DNA of 64,000 bases from assembly GCF_964355755.1 (NCBI RefSeq), contig NC_092670.1, positions 18,648,795 through 18,712,794 of the forward strand, written 5' to 3'. The first letter of the stretch is position 1. The number at the start of each line of letters is the position of its first letter. The DNA is from Antedon mediterranea (taxonomy: Eukaryota > Animalia > Echinodermata). The notes under the pieces were generated by a model. That model was not told the DNA's origin and did no database searches. It saw only the letters and a list, made by a program, of their open reading frames with translations. Position numbers and translations under genes: made by a program. This document shows positions 1-12,100 of this stretch, one piece after another.

Positions 1-129
1 ATTGATTTCAAGCGAATCTCAGCTGTACAACAATGTGCTTGGGGCTTAGGCTGTAACCAACATGTATATGTGTATGTACACAACACAGACGTACCAATTA
101 GATATCAAGAATACACATATGAAAATCAG
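1..129 (+). CDS. TECPR1: TECPR1 exon (partial at window edge)
   Basis: IDFKRISAVQQCAWGLGCNQHVYVYVHNTDVPIRYQEYTYENQ; GT donor at 130. Confidence 0.92.
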
Positions 130-3100
130 GTTAGAGGAATGCCTTAAATATTAGTTAATGTACATCTTATTGCTGTTGTGTCCCCTATCAATGTATCTAC
201 TTTAATATATATATTTTTTAAATACAGAAAAAGAAATTGATGAGAAATATAATATTTATTTTATTCAGAGATGGAACCCAATCCATGGATTCTCACCTCG
301 TTCTCTATTCCCAACGGATCGCAATCCATGGAGTAATGAAACTGGATCACGTACCACCGTTGAACCACAGCTATTCTGTCTTCCCTCAGAGCACTGGAGC
401 TGGGAAGGTGACTGGTATATAGATGAGAATATAAGAGGACAACCAACAGGAAGAGGGGTAAGTTACAGTAATACATGAATAGTGAATTACTCCAGTTAAT
501 ACAACCATGCTTAAAATATACGAACTTGGAGTTTAATCTGTAGATTATTCATTGGGATACATACAGTATGCATGATTAAATTCTACACCTACAGTAGTTG
601 CCATTTTGTTACACACATGCAAAAATATCATCTTTCTTAATCATTGTAATTGTTTGTACTGTGGAATAGCTTTGCGTCAGGCAAGTAGTATACTCAATGT
701 ACTTAGTATAAAGTACAAATTACGTCAGAGCAGGGCAAAACATTTGACCAATTTCTTAATCTTTATATTTCTATCTCATTTCTATTTTATAAGGGATGGC
801 AATATGCTGTTAACTTCAATGCCAATGATCGCTACACCGCTGACAAGAAATGGAACTCTTGCGTTAGGCGGAGAAAATGGATACGTTATCGGCGGTACAC
901 TGCAATGGACGTTTGGGCGAAGGTTAGATTCAGACAACATACAGGCTACTTAAATTAATATGTAAAAAGTATTATAGACAGTTAAAACAAGGCAATTTAA
1001 CAACAGGCCACTGAGCTTGCCTTGCTAAGATAGAAATTTGTAACAGTCCTTTGATCTTAGGTCTGGCTGCAACAAATACCAACAGTACTGTACTGTGTAC
1101 ATATTCTCTGTGGCGCGCAGTGTCTATTAAGAGGCGTGGAAGCAACAAATAAACCCTTTGATCTCCAGAGCTCAGCATCCTGTTGTTAGATTGCCATGTT
1201 TAAAACCACTATACAATATTGCATTTATATTCAATAGGGAAATCTAACAATATTAATGAAGACTAGTTGGGTGAAAGGTTCATAAAATCAATATGGTCCT
1301 TTTATTAAATTTTATGAGCCACACTTAGAATAAGAACAGTCAGCATTATGAACTAAATCATTCATGATTCAAAGGCAAATTGTTTAAACAAATGTTTACT
1401 TTTTATTTTACCAATATTGATCATCTTAACCTTTCCAAAATTTTTGAAAAAAGAAAGAAATTATTTTAACATACCAATTCGTTTTTCTTTATTGTGTTTT
1501 TTTCTCTTGATGTTTTTTTATTTTTGATCTCTCAAGACTTCTATAATCATTGTTTTCTTCTATTTAGTCTACTTATTGATTATTGATTATTGATTGTTGA
1601 TTCAGCACATAGGGTGTTGGATATTAATTTTTGCCCAATTCTACACATATACAATTATATTTCTATTCAGTCTAAGTTGTGTTCTTTACAGCACTAAAAC
1701 AGAAGAATTTTCTCTTAATGGATTTTATTATTAATGACCTTAACCTATCTGAAATTGGATGCAATAATAATAGTTCATAATTAGCTAATAAAGCGAGGAA
1801 AGATAAAATTATAAAATAATCATGATCTTATTTGATCATATTTTGAATTATATTTACAATATTACTGAACGAATATACCCTTTTTTCTGTTTTATTGTTA
1901 TTCAAGCTCAGATTTATAGGTCTCCTCAGGATTTTGTAGTTGCAGGCACAAACACTCTTAAAAAACTTGGCAATAAAAATATAAAAAATGTTAACATACA
2001 GATAAGCTGAACAGTGCTATCTTAAATTAATACTGTAAATTCAGGACATTTAGACTACATACATTATTCATTGTGTACTTTATATATCATATAATTAATT
2101 AAACAATTAAAATGTTAATTGAAATAGATTATGCGATTGATCTCTTTACTTTGTATTCATAAATAAAAGTTTTGATAATTCTGCAGGTACCTAGTCTCCA
2201 TCCAGACCCTGTAGAAGAACCATTTATGGATCTGGCGGTAGGAGGCTATGAGTTGGCAGGTCAGCCAGAAGGTTTCCTTACTGTATGGACAATAACAGCA
2301 TTAGGAAAGGTAAACATATGGTAATATAACAATGGTAATTGTGCCAACATTGTATGTAAATTACCTTATTACCCTACAGTCACTAAATATTTAAAATAGC
2401 AAATATCAGTTGTGTTATCCTTTAATCTTACCGTCATTTAAAAACATTAAAAACAACATAGAGAACTTATTACTGATGAATTCTTTTATGATGGTTAAGG
2501 ATCATGTAAAAATTATTCTACTGCAATTACTGCAGTAACTACATTTTTTTTGACTGCAATATTTTATGATCTCAGTTTGTTTCAATGTAGAAGTTTATAA
2601 GGAATTCATTGCAATAAATGTGTATAACTATACCCCAAAAAGAGAATGTAGTTACTGCAGTAACTGCAGTACAATAATTGTGATATGGTCCTTTAGTTGT
2701 TGTGTTTTAAGGTTGTCCTTATAAAATAAAGAAGATTTTTAATTTTAAAAATCAAATTAAATTCATTGTTTGCTAATAAAATATTTAATTTTGTATTGGT
2801 ATATATTACATGATAATAATACACTATTTATATATTGATTTTCAAGCTTAATTTTATAAAGGTTTTTTTTTGCTTTTTTTTTTATTGTCAATAATTATTT
2901 ATTAGGGCATTATTAGCTTAAAGATTTGTGCTCTGTTTAGCACTACATATCTTAAAATGTGCACCCTTCATGTACATGCATTGGTGTTGGTATGTTGAAA
3001 TAAAATATTGAATTCAATTCTTCTATATTTTCTAGGTTTTCTGTCGACATGGGATCAACAAGAAAAGTCCTGAAGGTATAAAGTGGGTTGAGATCCCCAT

Positions 3101-6100
3101 TAAGGATGGCAAAGGTATGGTTCAAATCTCTGTTGGGCCATCAGGAATCGTATGGGGTGTCACCTGGGATGGTGTGTCAGTTGTACGCATTGGTGTGTCC
3201 AGAGATCATCCATTTGGTGAGTGTGTAAAAATGTTATGCCCTCAATTATCATCAAGATTATTATTGTTAACATTGTCAGTATCATGACATAATGATCAAA
3301 ATCATTGTTAAAATCATTATCACTAACATAATTCTGTCTACACTATCAAACTTTATGTGATGTGCCCATTATATGGACATGATGATGTCATACTACCATA
3401 TTTGGGCACATTACATCTTTTTTTTTTCAGACTAGTTTGATAGTGTAGACAGAGCTTTAGTTGCACCATTTTCTGAATATTTTCTCATAAATATTTGTTT
3501 ATTTTTTCAGGGACAAGGTGGGAGTATGTACAGCCACCTCCTGATATTAGGATTTGTCAGGTGACAGTTGGCTCAACTGCATTGTGGGCCATCTCAACTA
3601 ACTATAAGGTACCACTAGTCATTTAAATATTCATGACCAAATGTGAATATTCAAGCAATGAAAAAAACATGATTGAAAATGCAACTAAAATATAACAATT
3701 AATGCAGAAACCTCTGTATACAATTTTTTATGTTAAACCATTAATAGATACATATGTTTGTGACTTGTTCATCTGGCAATGACTAGGTGTTAGTGTTTCA
3801 TAGAAGTAGCTTTAGTAGAACAGCGCCCAATATTAGTAAACTTGGTCTGCGATTTGTTCTTCAGCTTTTTAGGTGAAATGAGTTGTTCATATATGCGAGA
3901 AATGCAGAAACCATCCTTTTTCCTTCGTTTCTTCCTGTCGTCTGTAAATGTCCTATCATCCATCATAATATTGATATTCATTTCTTGTTTATTGTCAGGT
4001 TTGGTTTCGGACAGAATTTGATGCCAAAAAGGCCCTGTTGGATAAAAGGTATGCCACAGGTGACTCATGGGTGCTGATGGTTGGTCGCATGTCATCAATA
4101 TCTCTAGGACCCAATGATCAGGTGAGGAAGGTTTTCTGGTCTTTATGAACAATTATTAAGAGATTTAAGGCCAATTTACACAGACACGCGGTAATGGTAA
4201 GCGGAAAACCGCGTAGCTTGTCGCATGTAGAATCTGTATCTATCTCTGCGTTTTGTGTAAATGGTCATATGGAATAACAAAGATTCTATATTTTTTTTAC
4301 CGTTACAACTCGTCTGTGTAAATGGGCCTTTACAGGAGAAAGGAAATGTTCAATTATTAGTGCTCTGTTCACAAAATTTTCTTTTTTATTTATAGGTGTG
4401 GGCAATAGGCTTAGAAAATCGTGTTGTACATTTTCGACTTAACGTCACGCAAAGTGAACCTAGTGGTCGTGAATGGTGTGGCATTGAACTTCAAGAATGG
4501 GGACCATTTGACACTACAAGCCTCACTGAAACCTCCTCAGTTGGCATCAGTGAGGGAAGTGGTCTTAGTCGACGAATATCAAACACGTCGTCGGAGCCTA
4601 GGAATTATGTCACTGACGACTGTGACAATTCAAAATTGCTTCCAGTATGCAGTTCAATTCCTGCCAATATACCGGACTCAAAATCACTCCAGTTGAATTC
4701 TGCTGCTCCAAACTGTTCTAAAACAATGGGGATTAAATTTTTACAAGATTTAGAAGATGGATTACGAAAAATAAATTACACGGAAGATACTGGACCAAGA
4801 GAAATGACTGTTAATACGAAAAAAGTACCGGTTAATGGTATTAGAACTCCGAATAATCATAGTAACGTTGCATGCGTTAGTCTTCCTAACATAACACCTT
4901 CCATTCCTCAATATCCGGTCTTGAATACAAATTTAAAAGACACAAAAAGTGCGAAACATATTGAACGAACAACCAGCTGGCATTCAGACGCCACAGATGA
5001 AATCATTGATTTTGTAAACGATTTTTCTGACGATGATGTTATTGAAGGAACAAATAATGATAATGAAGATAAAAATGATGTAGATGTTGAAGTAGATTTA
5101 TCAAAAGTGAGTTTAAATGATGATAATTCAGGGAATAAAATGTGCAATAATTTGAACGCAACTGATAAAGCTACTGGCGATAATGACGAACAGGACTTAT
5201 GTAATGTGAATTCTGAGAAAACAATTCATGATGCAAATCTAGAAAATTCCGAACTTGATTGTAATGATAGCGCCATAGATGTAATTCAATCGTACGAGAA
5301 ACTTGGAAATGCTGAAGAAACGTGCAATAGGGATGAGACGCAAGATAGTGGGATCGATATCGAGAGGGGGAGTCCAATGAGTAGAATTCATAGCGTGGAA
5401 AGCGTAATGGAGAGCACGCCCTCTGTGGATGTGTCAACAGAATTGAAGTGGGTTGCTATCAGTGGAGGTGGATGTTTAGTGGATTCTTGTGTTCCAATGT
5501 CTTGGTTTCAATCAAGTAAGTCCATCTACTTTGCTAAATATTACCATATATCATAATATCATAATAATATTACACTTGCACTGATGAAGGGCTAGTGTTG
5601 CTCAAAAGCTCTGCTAACTTTTCTGGCTGTTTTACTTATCGTTGTGATTTAGCTTTTCGTTTTTTTTTGTATCTCCATTGAGATCCAGCCACTGATACCC
5701 ACAGCATTGTCATTTTTTCAGTAATTTGCCTTTGGATTCATAATATTATTAAGTACATAAATATGTTTTTGTTTGATATGGGCTTGTATCTGAGGCCTTT
5801 GGGAATTTTAATTTATATATCCGAGATATTTGGGTATGGGATTATATCTAAGACATTTGAGTATGGGATTATATATCAGCCATTTGAGTATGGGATAATA
5901 TCTTAGACATTTGAGTATGAAATTATATCTCAGACATTTGAGTATGGGATTATATCTCAGACATTTGAGTATGGGATAATATCTTAGACATTTGAGTATG
6001 AAATTATATCTCAGACATTTGGGTATGGGATTATATCTCAGACATTTGGGTATGGGATTATATCCAACACATTTTGGTATGGACTTATATCCGACACATT

Positions 6101-9100
6101 TTGGTATGACATTTGAAACAATACATTATATTATCATATGTAATTATATTGCTTCAGGTCAGCAGAATAACACAGCTTACAACCGAATTGAGGAAGGTGC
6201 CTGGAGATGGCTAGTGTTGAGAAGATTACAGGAACGAAGGATCAAGGAAACAGCCAAGTTTGAGCATTATGAGAGGGCTGTTGAAAGGGTAGGATAAGTA
6301 TTGTAATGATTCACACCTAACCAACATCGTCAATATCATCGTAATTATCATTATCATCATTACTGTCAACATCATTGCCAATAATACAATACTATTAAAA
6401 TGGTGGTGTTTTAAATATCTTTTTCTTTCGGTTTTTATTCAGAGTTCATGGGTTAAGGTTGGGCGTATGCAGTATGTAACAGAAGGGCGGCGACGCCAAT
6501 GGGTAGACTGTACAATAGAGCTAGAGAAAGAACTCGACGGCAAAGGAATTAAACATAGCAAGTTTACCTGTCACTATACCATTTATGGGAAATCAAGGGT
6601 AAGCGGTGTTCATGTAACAAATTTAAAGGTTGTTTTAAATTGTCATAAACCTGTAGGTTAACAACTCTAAGAACCACATTACATGGACATTTTGAATTTA
6701 TTACTACACCCCAATTGTGGATTGACCTTTATTAAGGGGACACGTTTCACAAAATAAACAAGGGGAAATATATTGCTTTAACACAACGACCAACTACTGT
6801 TCAGGGGACATTCCAATTATTGAAATACTTTCTTGAATGTCTCTTATTACTATGATTTTGACCTATTTTGCGTTCCATAGCATATACAATATCTGCTGAG
6901 TGAGATTACATGTGTGTTGGAAGTTAACAATTCAGACAGGCCTGCATTTGGTATTTACACTGGCAAGAGGGTGCTGGATAGGAAGCCTATCAAAATCAGA
7001 GGAAATTCACATAAGGAGGTCAAAGAATGGGTAAGTACATGGTTGCTCACATTTTGAGCTGTATTTGTGTTTGAGATTGCACTCTAGTTGTATAATACCT
7101 CTATGATTTCAAAGTATACTTTATTCATCTTCTAAATTATTCTACTGGATGTTCACTGTACTCTTTCATTCTGTTAATAATTGATAGATGAGTTCTGGCA
7201 TAGAAAATAGCAATAGTCTATACCTCATTGCCATTTGTTTTCCTCTAAGCTAAGCTATGTCTACACTATCAAACTAGTGTGATGTGCTCAAATATGGTAT
7301 TGATATGCCATCATCATCATCACATTTTTTTGTCACAAAGTTTGATAGTGTAGCTTTAGTTTCCAATTTTTTATACTGTTGATAGGGATGTTATGTCCAA
7401 TACAAAATGAATCCTATATTTCTTTGATCATAGATTGCAGCAATGAGTCTAGCATGCTGCGAGGTTCGTGGTCTGCATGGCCCGCCCTCAAACAGAGCAG
7501 CTTGGTTTGTGTCATGTCGTGGGGATGTCTTTGTTCACGAAACTATGTCAGATATTGAGGTTGCTCCTTCAAACAGAATGTAAGTCACTCATCTATTAAT
7601 ATAGTAGACAAGCAGAAAAACTAAAATGCTACTACAATAGCCTAATTTCAGGCTTAAAAATTATGTATTTTTACCCTATTAATTGTACTTGTTACCAGAA
7701 TTTGGAATAACTTACCCAGTGAAATCCGCAACTTAAATATTTCTGTTAGTTCTTTTAAAACCAAATTACTTAATTATCTCAATATTTATTTTTTAAATAA
7801 TTTTGATATTGAAAATGTGTGTAGTTGGTCGCTTTCTTGTCGATGCTTTTATTGTAGAACGTAATTTATTTATTTTTCTCTGTTCTGGGTTGACCAACTA
7901 GCATAGGTGTTTAGCACCTGTTTGGTCTTTCCGTGCCTCCTTTTACAATTGTTTTGTCTTCTTTGTTTATGTATATGGCAGAAATTGAATAAATAAAAAA
8001 AAAATAAATAAATAAAAAAAAAGAAATAAAAAATCTTTGTCTATTAACATTTTGTTTATAATTCATATACTGTATATATATTACAGGTTTTGGCGTCAAA
8101 TTGGAGGTCACATGGCTATAGTCGAGTCGTGTGCTGCCGGTGTTGTCTGGGCGATCGGTATGGACCATACACCCTGGGTGTATACTGGAGGCTATGGTGG
8201 TGGTATATTTAAAGGTAAGATCGGTTGTAATTACTTATGAAAGCCTATCTAATTTTATTTTTGTTTATATTAGAATAAGTTCACTTTAAATTGAATAATA
8301 GCTGTATGACTTCCTCATTTATGTATTCTTTGTAGGTATTGATAGTAGTACAGTTGGGATTAACACGCAGACAGACACAAAGAATATTTATATCTATGAA
8401 AACCAACGATGGAACCCAATTGAAGGGTTCAGCTACAGGTGAGATTTGTTTTCAAGCAACTCGCCAATTACAGGATAGATAAACTATTTTATAATTTATC
8501 ATGCTTATAAACTCTTTGAGGCTTAGGGAGTGGTGTTGATAGAGTCGTGAGTTACAGCCCTGGCACCAGGTCAGGAAAGCAAGCATGTTAACCAGCAAGC
8601 TACAGCTTCACTACAACCTGATTTCTGAACATTCCCATCTATTTTCTCTTATCATAATTCTTGTCTTTTCATTTTCTACTATTTTTTTCTCACACTTCTG
8701 TTTTAGGCAGAATAGTTTCTATTCATGTGTATGTGTTATTTATTTTTAGGGGATTCCCAACGGATCGCTACACATGGAGCAATGAATCTGGACGGCAAGA
8801 TTGTTCCAAGGACAAAGTCAACCCACCGTCACAACACTGGAACTGGGTATGTATATCATTGCACTATGTATGTTCCTACTAGTACATGCCTTTTACAGTA
8901 CATATCTATTTTGTTGATTCTTATTCAATTATTTTTACAGATTACAGATTGGTCAGTTGATTTCAATATATCAGGGGGTACAGACCCAGAGGGATGGCAA
9001 TATAGTCGAGATTTCAAAAGGTTAGTGCTATAGTTTTAAGCATATACACATGACAATCTAAAGCTCTGTCTACACTATAAAACTAGTTTGACAAAATTTG

Positions 9101-12100
9101 ATGTCATCATGTCTATATATGGGCACATCACATTTTGTCACATAAAGTTTGATAGTGTAGACAGAGCTTAAGCATAATGAATATAGTCGATAAGAATAGT
9201 AAAAGTAAACAATTTCATGAATACACTCTTTCATATACACAGCACAAAATTTGGGACAGAAAGAAAAATATATTTATATACTGTATTTTGTTTACATTTA
9301 TGTAGTTAAGAACTGAACCACTTTGGAAATCAGTACATTGTATTGAAAGTGTATTTCAGAATAAAGAAAGATTAATTAAATAAAAAAATAATACATATAA
9401 AATATCTATCCAAATTCAAAACTTGTTGAAGCAATTTAAACTTAATTTTAACATCTTTAAGAAAATTGATATCTTTTATGCTGTCTACATACATTTCTTG
9501 ATGTTTTATTACAGTATTATTAATACAGTATTACATAATAGAAATAAGACAAAAATGATACTGTAAAATGAAAAATCTTCCTTACTTTTACTGTATCTAT
9601 TTAGTTTTTTGTCACTTAAGCTGGTCATTATCATTGCACAAATTTTGTAATATGTTGTAGCGGAGATATATATATATATATATATTATAAAAGTAGATCT
9701 TGGTTTAAGTCAGTATGATGTTAAGATGGTGTAGTATTGATGTTTAATCACCTCATGGTATCTATACTCTATCTACACCTTTTTCACGACTTTTCATTAA
9801 AAGGCAACATTAAATTCTAATTCATGACAACAGCAAACTTTTATGTATCAAATATAAGCACTCTTTGTTTGCCTTGCCTTGGCCATTGAAATTCATATGA
9901 CACGGTCCTGGATGTAATGCATTGTGGGTATAAAGTAGTATTTTTTAAATTGGGTAGAGTAAAAATAATATGGTAATACTGTTAATAGGTTGTGAATTTG
10001 ATGATGAAATGTTTATGTTAGCTAAAGAGCTTTGTTTCATCATAGAGCTATTATAATAATATGGTTTGGTAAACGTGTGCATGTTTATAATGGTATAATG
10101 GCAGAGCTGCAGGTGCAGGCAGGAAAACACTGACATCACTGGTTCATGCATGCCAATGGTCTAGATCAGGGCTAAATACATTCATAGGAAAATACCGGTC
10201 TACATATTTGTGGTATACACTGTAAAGCTCTATCTACACTATCAAACTTTATGTGACAAAAAAATGTGATGTGCCCATATATGGACATGATGATGTCATA
10301 TAACTACCGTATTTAAGCATATCACTACCATATTTAGGCACATCACACTTTTTTGATAGTATAGACAGAGCTTAAATCTGCATGCATGGCACATTGTGGT
10401 CATGTTAAATATAGACATGTGTAGTATGAGTAAATGAAGGATGTGTGTAGACGCATACTGTTTAGTAGACTCGTGTAGAACACATTTGGATTATGTGGTC
10501 CTAAACATGTTTAGTACATGGCAGATCTAAATGCAGGGTATACATATTTAGTTAGGCCTTCATAAACATGTACCCATGTTTTGGTTTAACACTTGGGGTA
10601 TAGACTGAAAACATTCATTTTAATCTGAATTATTACTACCCACAATGCATTACTTTACGGACAGCGAGAATGACATGTCTTTCATGTCGTTTGGAATCCC
10701 GATGTACTCTGCCGCTTTTAACATCATGCCGAAGAAGATGAGATCAAAAGCCAGCACTAGGGCATACTCAAAGTGAGTGGTACTCTACTCTAGTAAACTA
10801 GTGTTTACTCAGTATTGTTACTTTTGCAATTACCTGTATTTCATAGTTTAACCATGAGCAAGACATGGCAGTAATTTATGTATATACAGTAGGCAGTGGT
10901 TGAATTTACTTAAAATATTCTTGTTATCTTTAAAAGACTGTACTGTATGTAACATTATAATCTCGGTAGGGTCCAGGCTTGTGATAAGCTGTTGATTTTA
11001 TTTATTTTTTACTATACTATAGTTGTTGACTATGTTTGTATTTTGTTGTCCAATAAACTTGGACTGAACACCAGAATAATTGATTTCGACTGCACTTGCG
11101 AATAAACTTTAATTGTAACTTGAGAAATTTAAATTCTAAAGCAATTGTAGTTTAAAGATATATTTTTTGTTTATTAATTTTGATGTTTTTGGAAGACAAT
11201 GTATCTTTAATTTAATACAATGAATATATTTATGTTTAATTGTTTTTCCTTCAAAGGTTTTATCCCCTTCTATTGTTTGACCATGTATCAATATTTGTTT
11301 TCTTTTTATTTCAGGACCTTTCATAAAGAAAAAAACTGGAGAGATGTTGTACGACGGAGGCGATGGGTTAGGTATGTCAGATATCTTGATGCTGTTTGCT
11401 AATTCAATAACATTCATAATAATCTAGACTGTACTAACTTTAACACTTTATAATTATGTGGCTAATAAATATAATATACGCAAAGATGTGCAACAAAGTA
11501 AAGTAAATAATAGAATAATAATTATCTATTTAGGAAATGTCAACTGGTGACCACTGGCCCGTGGCAAGTAGCAGGCACTTTGCCCCTTCTTGATATTTCA
11601 TTACAACCAGATATACATGAGGAATGGAACATGTCTATTGCGCTTTGGGCGGTGGCTGCAAATGGGGATGTAATAACACGGCTTGGGGTGACAAAACAGT
11701 GCCCAAAGGTAGGCTAACTTATGGTGGCAGTGGTGGTTGCAAGAAATGTGTTGTGCTGGTTGTGGTTGTAGTGCTATTGGTGGTGGTAGTGATGATGGTA
11801 ATGGGTTGTAATGTTGCTGGTGGTTGTGATATATAGCTATGGTTGAATTAAATTCTAATTTTATTTACTTCATTTATAACTATTATTATATCATATTTAC
11901 AGGGCGTGTCCTGGCAGCATATTCCCACAGACCAGCCTTTCCAGGCCATCACCATCGGCGGTAGATACCAAATCTGGGGGCTAGGTCGCGATGGTTCAGC
12001 CTTCTACCGCAATGGTGTGACACAGTCCAACCCTGTAGGCAGTGCCTGGTTTCATGTGCGTGCACCGTCTGTGGCACCTCTGAAGCATATCTCAGGTGGT

